A DNA stretch of 64,000 nucleotides from Podarcis bocagei (lineage: Eukaryota): assembly GCA_964188305.1 (NCBI GenBank), contig OZ076901.1; one strand, written 5' to 3'. Shown here one piece after another: positions 31,701-44,200 of this stretch; positions within the stretch are counted from its first letter, which is position 1; each line of letters starts with the position of its first letter. The notes beneath the pieces are model-generated. The model did no database searches and was not told the DNA's origin. It saw only the letters and a program-made list of their open reading frames with translations. A program made the position numbers and the translations under genes.

Positions 31701-34700
31701 CCAAAACCAGCATTTTGGTTTTCTAAACATCCTTCCACAAGAGCCCTGCAGCCAGATCAGACCACATGTCCATCCAAATCCAGCATCCCAATCTTACAGG
31801 CAACCAAGCTTATGGGCAACCATCAAATAGGAAACAAATGCAATAGCACTTTCCACATTTGCAATTCCCAGGAAATCACTTTTAAAAGGGGGGTGGGGGT
31901 GGGAGAGGCATGTTGACTCCAGCTAGGACCTAGCCAACATGATCCATTATGCATTTGTTTGATTCTGCTTTGTGCAATACCCCTCCCAGTTTGGACCTTT
32001 CTACTTTAGATATCCTGCTCTCTCCTGACTCCTAAGCAAATTTAATTCCAAGAATCAAGCTCTTACCCAACACCCCGAATCTGAAGCTGAGGCTGGGTTC
32101 CTGAGTCCTTGGTTTTCACTGCTTGGTAAGTCACGATGGTACACACAGTGCTGCCTGCTCCCATGTCATAAAACATAATATTCTGGAAATCAACAAAGAA
32201 TCAATGCTAAAGACAGCAGGCAACAGCAGGCACGGAGGTATCACAGTCTGAAGGATGGTACATGAATGTCTGTGGGAAGTCAGATCAGCAATGTCCAAGC
32301 TTAAAAATATATACAAGAGTATGAAGTTGTCAGAGTGGCTGGGGCAACCCAATTAGATATATTAATATTTTATATATATATATATATATAAAATAAGTCT
32401 AAAAGTCAGACTGTTTGTTCATCTGGTCCAGAGGTGGGTCAGCCCTCCAGCCTGCAGGCCTAATTAGACCTAACATGGGTCCAAATTTGGCCCATGAGGC
32501 TGTTTTCTGCCAAGTATGCCCACCAGCCCCACACCAGATGTCATGTGTGATGTCAGGTGGGAGACAGGTAAAGATGCAGCTGACAAGATGCTATATTGGG
32601 AGTCCTGAAGAATGCTCTAGATTGTGCATTGGCAAGGGAGGCTTCCTGTCCACGTCAATCAACTGACAGACAAAGCAGGCATGTGGAACTCTAACAGGCC
32701 TCAAGTGTCCACCTGTGGCCTTGGTGACTCCAAGCCCAGTGGATCGGATGTGCAACCAAGTTCTCCAGAGGAAACTCAAGCCACAGAGCCAGAAAGCAGG
32801 TTTGGAGTCACTGCCTATTGGCTAGTAGGTACCAACTTGAAACTTGGCTTGGCTTTGGCAACACAGCTTGCCTTGCTACAAAGGATAAGTTGGTCACTAG
32901 ATTTCATAGTAATATCAGATGACTGACAGGTGAGTGGGCCCTGCTCACTTGTGTATGTCACTAGCTGGAATTAGGGGAATGTGGAATCTGTACATAGAAG
33001 TTTGGATTCAAACAGGCAGCTCTGATCGACCAAGAAGACTGCCCTGCCCAAATTCCCTGTGTTTTCTAGGTAAGGTTACAGAGGCACAATGAGCTTGAGC
33101 CCTGGGTAGAAACCACACACCCTCCGGTTACAAGCACCTGGGCTGTAGCATTGATGTCCTTCCTTCGGAACACCCCATAGTTCAAAGCCACAGCTGTGTT
33201 ATCATTGATGAGCTGCAAAACCTTGAGATCTGCCATTTTTGCTGCATGCAGGACCGCTCTCCTCTCCGCCTGGTTGAAGTAGGCAGGGACAGTGATCACA
33301 GCATCCTTGACAGGCTGTTCTGTAAGATAAGGAGAAGGTATGGTGTGAGCTCCTGGTTCAGGTGCCTCTTCATTTTCATTCATATGTTTGCTGACCAAAG
33401 AAGAAAAGACAACTCTTGTGCCTCAAACAGTCAAGAGTCATTTCTAACCTGCAAATTCCTCTGCCAGTGCCCGAGAATAGTTGAGCACCATGCCCAGGAT
33501 CTCTTCTGGAGTATACTGCAATTTGCTGCAAGGAAGAACAAGAATGATAAATTCTAAATTCCTGATCCCAGATGTGAAATGCATCTTTTGAGCATGGGTG
33601 GACCTCATCACTTCCACAAACCACTTGCCCCTTATCAGGGCACATACCAAATATGAGTTGACCATGGCATTTGGCCAACCAAATCTATGCAGCTGTAGTC
33701 CCAAAGTGGCTTACAGAAAGATGCCACAGCCTTTCTTGCTCAGCAGTGCCACGTGGCAAACCTCAAAGTGGAAACGTACTCTGACAGCTTGAAACTGACT
33801 GTCTCCCTCCTTGCATCTTTCACCAGCTCATGTTCTGGGAACCGTGACTGGTACATGGTCACTTGTGGGTTATCAATGCGCTTGCCCAGGAGATCCTGGA
33901 AATACCGGAAAGCCACTTTTGGGTTCTTGATGCCCTATTAAAAAAAACAGGAAAAACACACAACCATGCTGATTCCTCTGGAATGTTCATCTATCCCCCA
34001 TAAATTTCTTTTTAAAAGGCGTACAACGCCAGAAACCCTCAACAACTGAACTACTGAAAATATCCAAAGTGGCATTTAGGATCCTCCGTTTCCAAAACCA
34101 TAAAAGTCACCGCATGCCAGCACTGGAAAAGTCCTTCTCTGGAACATGAGCTAACCTGCCAAAGAGGACCTGTAGCACTGTCTCTTCAACAAATCTCAGT
34201 GGGGAGGAACATGTTATTGAAGCTGAAAGTGTAAAGAGGAAGGTGAAGCAGAGACAGGACCCCAGAAGAACAAGCTGTGTATGCAAATAAATACTCTTGG
34301 TATAGAAAAAGCAAGAGGGGATGTGTGAGTGGACATCTAAGGGACTTACCATTCCCACGGCATTGTCACCAAAGAGGCGCTCATTCTCCTTTAGAGTTAC
34401 AGCCACTGGTGTTTTTCTCCGAGATTCCCTAGAACAACAAGAAAAATTAAACTAGAACTGTTTCCTGGGGAGATAGGAAGTTGTCTAATAACCAGGCTAG
34501 GCTATTTATTCATCTAGCTGAAGCAGTATTTCTGACTCAGGTCTGCAGTGGTTCTCCTGGGCCTCAGACAGAGGCACACTGTTCCTATCGTCTGGTACCT
34601 AATAAATTTAAGCAGGAGATGCCTGGGATTGAATATGCGACCTCCTACAAGCAAAGCAGGTGCACTGCACAATGGCCCTGCCCCAGAGATTCCTGGGGTC

Positions 34701-37408
34701 TAACTTCTGGGTTCCTTGGAGAAATGCAGAACTGGTTTTCAATGCCAGGATTCAGCACTGGAACAAGTGAAGAGAAACACATTGGCATCTCTTCTAAATA
34801 GTCACATCTAAGATTAGGGAACAATAAGTAAGGGCAAAAGGAAGTCACACCTATGGGAAGCTGCCCCATATTTTCTGTACTGCACCACTAAGACATGGAT
34901 TTATTCCTGCACTGTAAGTGTTTGGACCGGATGAACCTTGGGGCACCTTTACAATTCTATGATGTGTCAAGCCTTCCAAAACAGTTGTTGCCACAGTCAC
35001 ATTCATTGCAGCACATATTTAGCCCACTCACTTGTTTAAGACAATTTCCATTGGCACCCCAGGCTTCACAATGGCGATCTTCATAGATTCACTACCCATG
35101 TCCATTGACATCACAGCCAATGAATCTGTGGAACAAAAGTATTGTGTCAAATGTACTTTCTTCCAGGAAGAACCTCAGACAATACCCTCCAGCCTCCTTC
35201 CAATTTCTAATGCTTAGCTGAATCAAAAAGCCAGTCTAAACACAGATGTGTTACAGCACACCCGGAGGACTCCACCAGAAGAAAGTTTCACAGTACTGTA
35301 TCATCCAGAGCATCTCATTTGTAGGGAAACATCTCAAAACATCTCTTTATCTCTAAGTATTTTTTAAGCATCCTTCAACCATATTCCCAGGGAGGTTTAT
35401 AGAAAGTAAATAGAAAAAAACAAACACACAATCAAAATGCAAATAAAATTATAAAGCTAAAAGTTACAAAGTAGTAAGAGCATAATAAAACAACCAGAAG
35501 AATTAAAACTATGTCTACATGGAAATTAGGGGGCATCTTTCCTGCTACTAAAAGAAAAATAAACTAGATTCCAGAGACCCACCCAGAAGGCCTTCTCTCT
35601 GGTAGCTATTTGCTTCACCATAGATATGGGGGCACCTACAGGAGACCCTCCAATGAATATATTAATTTATGGAATTAATGAGTACTAGGGAAGTACAGTC
35701 CTTTAAACAGTCCAGCCATAAGACATGAAGGGTTTTGAAGGTGAAAAATAGCACTTGAAGTGGACCTGAAAATGGACTGTGAGCTACTAATGGTTGGCAT
35801 CACAGAGACGTAATACAATAAATGCCCAGTCCAACATAGCTATCTAGCAGTATGAATAGCGGTTTCCAAACATACTTCAAGGTAGTCAATATGTGCCTTA
35901 TGGACAATATGTGCACTGACAGCATAGCCAAGGGAGGCCCTGAACTGGTTTTAAAGGGCACCTGGCCTCTAAGACACATTGGGCCCAAACCACTCAAACA
36001 CAGGATCAAACGCCATCCAGGTTGAATTGTGAATCCTGCAATAGAAGGCTACCTGGAGGTGCAGACAATGGCACATAAGTCGCTAACATGTTCCTGATAA
36101 CTCAACAGCCTGCCCCATTCTGCACTAGCTGATACTTATGAAATCTCCAAGGATAGTGCCCCCCATGCCAAATACTTAGTACCCTAGCCTAGAGGTTACA
36201 AATGGCAGATAAATACCTGCAGTCAAACTCCAGGAAAATAGGGTTACAACATTCTCAATTTTATTTTGAAAAATGGCTCTCTATTTACTTTAAAGTTAGT
36301 TTTGGTAAACACGAGTTATGGCATAGGTCTGAATAAAAAAAATTAACCTCTGCTGGATGCCTACAAAAACAAGGAGCTATTCTTCTTGCCAATGGACCCT
36401 ATATCAAAACCAATAAATGTAATATCCAGGGGCCCCAAAAGCTCCCTGCAAATTATAGCAATGCCTGCCATAATCAACACCTCTCCTAATATGGTCTCTG
36501 AACCTAAAATGGGCTATCATTTACATCACTGAAAGTGCCTCTTTTCAAGAACTAAACTGGTAAAAAAAAAGATATGCAAGAACGCACAGCTGGTTCCTCT
36601 TTCTTTATGCAACACATTTTGTAAGGCTTAAATGTTGACACACATTTTCTACAGGAGGTGGCAAATGAAACATGCCACCACCAAATAAATAAGTAAATGT
36701 AGTGCAGCATCAGCAGCATCCTTTAGAAAAGTTGTCTCCATCAGGTCCCACGGCCAGTTTCCGCATTCCAGCTAAAAGTCCAACACCAGCTAAAATGGAA
36801 ATGCTTTCACTCTCAGGGACATGACAGACTGTCACCTAAGGGCTACCTCAAGGTGTGCACAGAAGCATCCAAGGAACACTCAGCCCTTCCTGCTGGTCAG
36901 TTTCGTCCCGCCCACCTACAGGATACACGTTAGCTTTTCAGACAGTCAGCTCAGTCGTTGTGGTTTCGAGCCCCATGTTGGGCAAGAGATTCCTGCGTTG
37001 CAGGTGGTTGGGCTTTATCAGGGTTCCCCAAATTTGGGTCTCCAGGTGTCTTTGGACTACAGTTCCCACACCCCTGACCACTGGTCCTAAAGGACAGGGA
37101 TGATGGGAGTTGGAAGTCCAATATCAGCTGGCGATCCAAGTTTGGGAAACCCTGGACTAGATGATCCTAGTGGTTCCTTCCAACTCCACCATTCTATGAT
37201 TCTGAGGCGAGTCGGATCCAACCATGCGACCAAAGGGCTCGCTCCTGCCCAACTCCGCTTAGCAAGCCTGATTCTTCGGCAACTTGCAAAACCACCAAGA
37301 TCTTTCCCAGGTCCTTCCACGGGGTCGGGAGAGGCACCTACCCAAGTGCGCAGGCAGGGAAGCCAGCAGGAGGAGGGGCAGCAGCAGCCACACGCGTGCT
37401 GGAGCCAT
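22716..37408 (-). CDS. HYOU1: Hypoxia up-regulated protein 1 (GRP170/ORP150, ER large HSP70), 992 aa, 24 coding exons
   Basis: complement join(37342-37408,35032-35125,34350-34428,33780-33934,33449-33525,33138-33319,32067-32182,31386-31569,31019-31153,30738-30820,30500-30632,30110-30297,29307-29445,29163-29223,28557-28639,28041-28214,27247-27449,27006-27093,26569-26691,25848-25981,24792-24876,24132-24381,23786-23869,22716-22777) = 2979 nt. Signal peptide [25 protein letters not shown]70 motifs [15 protein letters not shown] and [14 protein letters not shown]-terminal NDEL. Confidence 0.96.
34476..34684 (-). mobile_element. tRNA-derived SINE (Squam3-like), degraded
   Basis: Same head and tail pattern as the copy at 14887-15079. 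Confidence 0.55.
35480..36230 (-). mobile_element. Old L2 LINE remnant
   Basis: Degenerate L2-like segments such as CATTCTGCACTAGCTGA...CTAGAGGTTAC. Boundaries approximate. Confidence 0.4.
36935..37203 (+). mobile_element. tRNA-Lys/CR1-tail SINE interrupted by a hAT MITE (37019-37154)
   Basis: B box GGTTTCGAGCCCCATGTTGGGC and a CR1-type tail ...CCTTCCAACTCCACCATTCTATGATTCT. The nested insert has TIRs CAGGGTTCCCCAAAT / GTTTGGGAAACCCTG. Confidence 0.7.
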
Positions 37409-37784
37409 CCTGACGATCGAGGGCCGCCCAACCCCGATGTGGAAACAAAGGCGAGGTAGGGAGGGCACTTTCCTCCGACAGACCCGGAACGGCGGCGAGG
37501 TCCGGCGCCAAGGTTCACCTGGAGACCCAGAGGTTCCCCCACCCCCACGCGGAAGAGGCCGACCCCCGGGCGCCTCTAAGTGGGACGCCGCTGTCTTCGG
37601 CCCGGCACGCCAACCGCTCGCTCCGGGGGCTCCCTGCCCGCTCGCTCTCGGCTCGGACTCCGCAGACTCTCTCCCTCCCGCTCCGGCTGCCCCTCTCTCT
37701 CTCTCTCCCCTCGGCCGGCCGGTCTCCCGGACTCCCTGGCTTGCGAAAGCTGCGCTCCGCCCTCCTTCCCTCCCCGGAGCCGGA

Positions 37785-37841
37785 CGCGGCGCGAGCTCAT
37801 TGGCCCGGCGGCTCCCCTCGCGCGCTCCCCATTGGGCCACG
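37785..37841 (-). promoter_or_regulatory. ER-stress response elements of the HYOU1 promoter
   Basis: Perfect ERSE-II ATTGG-G-CCACG at 37831-37841. ERSE-like CCAAT-N9-CCGCG on the minus strand at 37803-37785 (one mismatch to CCACG). Confidence 0.8.
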
Positions 37842-38110
37842 TCTCCGGCGCCCGGCGCAGCGGCCGCAATCATTGACCGAGGGGCGGGGCTTCCTAGCGT
37901 GGCGGTGGCAGCGACGGGCCTGACCGGAGAGCTCCTGAGCACGTGCAGACTGCGCGCTCTCCTTTGGCCACCCCCAGCACCTCTCTGATCTATGCCGGCC
38001 CGCCAGACAGTCACAGTCACCCGCCCTCGGCCTGCGGGCTCAGCGGGGATGCCTGCAATACCGCCGCGTGGAAACAAGGGGGCAGCGGCGCAAGGGCTGC
38101 GGGTCTTCTC

Positions 38111-38255
38111 TGCGCTTGCGCACTAGGGCGGGGGGTTTAGAGACCCGGCGAACTACAAATCCCAGCAGCCCCAGCGCTAAGAGCAGCGGCAACGCGGAAG
38201 CGGCATGGTCACATGACTCTCCTCCGGAGTTGGGCCTACCTGTCAAGATGGCGGC
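38111..38255 (+). promoter_or_regulatory. VPS11 core promoter motifs
   Basis: NRF1-like TGCGCTTGCGCA at 38111-38122, ZNF143-type ACTACAAATCCCAGCAGCC from 38152, CLEAR/M-box GTCACATGAC at 38208-38217, and YY1/TISU CAAGATGGCGGC over the ATG at 38244-38255. Confidence 0.7.
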
Positions 38256-41200
38256 CTACCTGCAGTGGCGCCGCTTCGCCTTCTTCGACCGCGATGTCCT
38301 GACGGAGCCTGATGGGAAGCCCGTGCTGTTGCCGCCAGGCATCACAGTCTGCGACTCGGGCCGGGGCAGTCTCGTTTTCGGGGATATCCTTGCTGTTAGT
38401 GGTGTCGCGGGGGGCGGGCAGGGTGCCTCTGAGCGGGTGTGGAGTGCTCTTTCCCCCTCAACCAGCTTGCCTGGGCAGGGCCTTGTCTCGGTAAGCGGAC
38501 ATGAGTTTTGGGTAAGCTGCACCCATGGCTCGCCTTCTGCCAAAGTCTGAAGGCATTCCTCCTCTCCGCCCCGTGGGTTTATTCATGTTAAGAACATAAG
38601 GCGATGCCTGATGAAAGCATTGGCCCTACATCGTGGTGACTGAGTTGTCATCCTTGCTGCGGACCATGGCCATTGCCCAAACTGACGGCAGTTAAAAGTC
38701 CAGCAACATCTGGGCAAACACAGGTTAGGTAGGTACTCAGAGTCTATGATGACCAACAGACAGAAAGTAGAAGCCTTTACCTACTTGGAGGTTCTAGGGA
38801 TTGAATCTAGAATCCTTTTGTTATGTACTGAGTTTTCACCTTTGTATGCAAAGCAGGTGCTTCACCACCAGCCTTTCACCCAGCTCAGATATGCAGGTCT
38901 TGTTCAGTGTCTGGGTGGGAGGCAGCTGCGGAAACAATTTGAGTTCCATCATGGAAGAAAGATGGGATATAAACGTAATGTGATAAAATATTTTAGAAGC
39001 GAACCACTGAGCCTTTTGTGCCTTCTGCTCTCTTATGGGGAGGACTCCTTAACTCAGACCTACATATGGAAGGGCAGATATGGTTCCTGCTGCGCAACCT
39101 TGAGCTCAGCAGCTTCCAAGCTTATAAGCTGAGAGTGACACACCTCTACCAGTTGAAGCAGCACAGCATCTTGGCTTCAGTTGGGGAGGATGAAGAAGGT
39201 ATTAACCCTTTGGTAAGTTGGTTTGAGGGAAGCCAGACTTGGTTTTCTGTTTGATGGAAAGCTTTTGCGAGATTAGTTGTAGGGAAGGAGGAGTCTTCTG
39301 TGATGACAAGGCTGAGATAAGTGTGGGCCACCAGTTCTTCAAAACATTGCTGCTGGAATCTAGAAATTTTAAATATTTATTTGCCATCTAAGCCTTTAAC
39401 TCAGGTGTTCAGGAATTTTGTCTTTTTTGTATTTTTCTGACTTGTGCATACAGTCATACCTCATGTTACGTCTGCTTCATGTTATTTCCTGCGGCGACCC
39501 AGAAGTACCGGAAAGGGTTACTTCCGGGTTTCGCCACTCGCGCATGCACAAAAGTGCAAAATGATGTCATGCACATGCGCAGAAGCGGCAAATTGCAACC
39601 TGCCGTGAGCAGATGCACTGCTGCGGGTTATGCTCTTTTCATGTTGCGAATGGGCCTCCGGAATGGATCCCGTTTGCAACCAGAGGTACCACTGTATTTG
39701 GCTTAAGCCTGATCAAGAGAAGGGTGTCTTGCTCCTTCTGCCTATTTGCCCTACAGTGACTTCCTGCTAGGAGAGTAAATGTGGCTCCTTTCTTTCCACA
39801 GCAACTATGTCTGCACTCCTGGTCCCAGAGTTTGACTGGAGAAAGGGGGAAATGTGCATCTTATATGCACAGTAGCACTTTTAGATAAAAAGGGAATCGG
39901 TCCAATTTGTGGTGGTTTTCCTCAACAAGCCCCCTATAATAACTTGTAGGTCAAAGTCTGGAATCTAGAGAAGCGTGATGGTGGGAATCCTCTGTGCACC
40001 AGGATTTTCCCTGCAATACCAGGCAACAAGCCTACAGTTGTGTCCTGCCTCACAGTCCATGAGAATCTCAACTTCATGGCCATTGGTAAGTGGAAATGAA
40101 ATTGCTGCTGTGAGTTACAGACATAAAATCATAAAGGAGAAACTGATCTTGCAGAAATTGATCTACTTTGTTTTGGGGAGAGTACTCCTTCGTCTTTTCA
40201 TATTAATCTAATTCAGCTTTCCATTTGGTGGACTTACCTGATGTCTTCCGATAGCAGAGAATGCCTGCTTTTTCCCAGGGTGTCTCATGGAATGCAGCAT
40301 TCACCCTTTCCCATTTCTGCTGTAGGCTTTACAGATGGGAGCGTTGTGCTCACTAAAGGGGACATCACGAGAGATCGGCACAGCAAAAGTCAGATCCTTC
40401 ATGGAGGCAGTTACCCAATTACAGGCCTTGCCTTCCGTCAGTCTGGCAAAACAACACATCTGTTTGTTGCCACCACAGAGAACATCCAGGTAAGATGTTT
40501 GGTTGACCACCAGGGGGGGATGTGTGTGTTATGCCCTGCTCCATCCCAGTTTCTGAGCTGTTCTTGTGGCTTTCCAAGCTTCATTGTGTCCTCCTCCTTG
40601 TGGACTTTGCAGTGTTACACGCTTTCAGTGAAGGACTATCCGAAGCTAGAATTGGACACACGTGGCTGTGGGCTGCGCTGCTCCACACTCAGCGATCCCT
40701 CCCAGGACCTCCAGTTCATTGTGGCAGGAGATGAATGTGTATATCTGTACCAGCCAGATGAGCGTGGGCCCTGCTTTGCCTTCGAAGGCCAGAAGCTGAT
40801 AGCCCACTGGTATCGGGGCTACCTTGTCATTGTTTCCAAGGAACGGAAGCCTTCTCCAAAGTAAGACAGAATAACTTGTTGAATTGTTTTCTTTTGACCT
40901 CTTAAAAACTTGGGGTGTGGGATCTGGATAAAGGTGGTTGCTGTGAAATTATTTATTGCTTCTGGTTATGTACTCTTCTGTAGGAGAGAGCAGTAGAAAG
41001 CCATTGTGTGTTGCATGGGATTTCTTTTTGGCCTTCCAATCCCTATTTGCAGGCAGTGTTAAATCCGGCTTTCCTTTCCAGCTTCCTATCAGATTTCGGA
41101 TTTTCTGAATATGCTAAGTGGGATATGTACAAGTAATCTTGAGAATGTGATGACTGTCATGAAAGGTCCAAATGGCTGAATGCAGGGGTTGGGGTTGGGT

Positions 41201-44200
41201 AGGGAAACCCTACTTTGCAGCAAGGCAATATGTTGTGCTATCCAAGGCTCAGAAACAGTTAGGATGACATACATATTGTGGGGGAGAAATAGGAGGCAGG
41301 TGCATCTTATGCACTGGAATGCAAAAGCTTGGTCAAAAGCTTAGTTTTTTAGATTCATCAGGTACTCTCAGAGGGCTCTGCCAGCTGACTTTAACGTTTG
41401 CCTGGAAATGTTAAGACCAGCAGTTTGAGACTCTCTGAGACTGGAGTGTGGACCATTCTTTCATCCAATGCATGAAAGGGAACTCCTGACCTGTGAGTGA
41501 AAGTTAAAAGACTGTCTCTGAGGCTGTCCCTCACTCTTTGCTCCTCTGTACTCCAGATCGGAATTTGCTGGGAGTGATCCACAAAACTCTGACAAGCAGA
41601 TCCTGAATATTTATGATTTGGGCAACAAGTTCATTGCATACAGCTCTGTCTTTGACGACGTGGTGGATGTCCTGGCGGAGTGGGGGTGCCTCTATGTGCT
41701 GACCAGAGATGGGAAGCTCCATGCACTGCAGGAGAAGGACACGCAAACCAAGCTTGAGGCAAGGGACCTTGGTCGCTTCTTCCTCCTCTGTGGTTAGTGG
41801 GGTTCTGAGGTGCAAAGCGTATTCACAGCTGCCTGCAGCTCAAAGCCCAGACGTTGCCCTACACCAGACCGTTTGGACTGCAAATGCCATCAGTTCCAGC
41901 ATCATATACCTGTGCTGCCTGGGGCTGATGGGGAGCTGTAGCCCCAACCATTTGGAGGGCTCCAGTTTGTGGGAGGTTGGTGTGGTCTGCTGTTGCTCCG
42001 TAGGGAGCCCGAGTAAGGGGCTGGAAGTGACTCTGAACTAGCATCTGTGCCATGTGGCACAGAGGGAAGGAGCAGCTGTGGCCTAGAGCCCCTTGTTTCT
42101 TCTCTTAGAGTTACGAAAGCTACAAATGCATGTCATTATGCATTCACAAAACAATACATCAGTATGCATTCCATACTTGGGGACCCCAGTAATTAAGCAG
42201 CTCCCCATGGAACAATAGTTATGAATAGTCAATATAACCCTTAAAACCCTGTTGCTCCCATCAATGTTTGTAAGCAAGCAAGCAAGCACTTCTCTTCCAA
42301 CAGATGCTCTTCAGGAAGAACCTCTTTGAAATGGCCATTCACCTGGCCAGGAGCCACCACCTGGATAGTGACGGCTTGTCTGAGATCTTTCGCCAGTATG
42401 GAGACCATCTGTATAACAAGGGAAACCACGATGGCGCCATTCAGCAATATATTCGGTAGGCAGGATAGGGGAGTTTTGGCCCTCCTTCCCTCCCTCCCTT
42501 TCCATTACAGCCATGTTGGGGTGAGAAGAAAAACCAGAGGCCTTGCTATCTAAGCATCTGGGTGCCACAAATCTGGATTTTTAATCTGACCAACCTGCCA
42601 CCTTCTTGTTGGCTTCCTTTCTGAATTGCTTCACCAGGGAAATCATCATGAGATGGGAACTAAATCCATCCAAATGTGGTTTGCAAACACACAGAGCCCT
42701 GGTGAGCTCTGACACATCCAAATGAAGTTTGGCTCTCTGGATCTCAGTGGACTGGGATTTATTTACTGAGATAGTATATAGGGAATGCCTATCTATCTGT
42801 GGTTGCTCCTGGCTTTTCAGATTGTGAGGTGCTTATCAGCAGATTGCACTACCTTTGGCAATGTGAGGGGCAGACCAAGATAATTTTCCAGCCCCAAATT
42901 GTGAGAACTACAAGTTTTGATTTCCACCCACTTGATTTCCACTCTCCCCAATTAATTTGGCACTCCAAGCCACCTCCTCTCCCCGTGCCCTACTTGTGTT
43001 GGAAATTGTGGCTGCACCTTCTGATCTTCTGTAGAACCAGATGCGAGGTTGGGCTTACATGCACACTTTCTCATCTTCTCTCTTGGCTTTTGACTACCTG
43101 GAATAGGGTCCTCATGGGGTCCTCTTTCTCCCTAGTACCATTGGGAAGCTAGAGCCATCCTACGTCATCCGCAAGTTCTTGGATGCTCAGAGGATACACA
43201 ACCTGACTGCGTACTTGCAGACGCTCCACCTGCAGTCATTGGCCAACGCAGACCACACGACACTGCTGCTGAATTGCTACACCAAGCTGAAAGACATATC
43301 CAAGCTTGAGGAGTTCATCAAGGTACAACAGGGAACGGTGTGGATGCCCTGGCGCGCTGGCTCCTCCTTCCGCATTATGCCTCAATGGGCTTGTGTGCTT
43401 GAGCAGCCATCCTCCAACTTTTGGTGCCTGCCTGCTCCACATTCCCAGTGCAGAGATTGAGAGAGCCTTCTGGGTAATTGAAGGACCCTTCATTTGGCTG
43501 CTTGAGGTTGGGTGGGTGCTTTCCTCCAGTCCTGGAGTTGAGAAGGATCAGAAGTCTTCCCTTTGCAGGAAGAGAAGCTTATTTCTTTTTAACCTCATAG
43601 GAGGGAAGAAGCAGAGGCCTTCTTTTTGTCTCAGGGGGCAACCTGCTGCTTCTGGCTCCAGCCATAATATATTATGGTTTCATGGGAGAGATACAGAGGC
43701 ATTCCTCTTTCTCAGTAGACATGCCCCTTCTGAATGCCTTTTTTGCTTTGTCCTCCCCCACACAGACCAGTGAGAGCGAGGTGCACTTTGATGTGGAGAC
43801 AGCCATCAAGGTTCTGCGTCAGGCAGGCTGCTACTCCCACGCCGTGTACCTAGCTGAGAAGCATGCGCACCACGAGTGGTACCTCAAGATCCAGCTGGAG
43901 GATATCAAGGTGAGGCCAAACAGCCTGCCTGGTGCTGAGCTTCACTTCCAGCTTTTAAAGCTGACTTCTTGGAGTGCATCTGGATGCTGGAGAAACCTGA
44001 GAGGCGCTTTGGCTCGGGAGGGGTGTGTGTGATGACCATGTTTCTCTACATTCTCCCTTTTTTGCACTGGGGATAGTAGTGTCCACAGTTTGGGACTGTG
44101 TACATCTGTTTTCCCACATGGCAGACAAAGAGGCGTTAGACTAGCGTAAGGGTGGGTAACTTGCCGGCTCCCGTGGGTCTTTCACTTGGCCTGTTACGAA

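Noticed and set aside
37259-38077. 272-aa and 234-aa ORFs across the HYOU1/VPS11 CpG island
   Set aside because: GC-content artefacts. Only the HYOU1 signal-peptide exon within them is supported.
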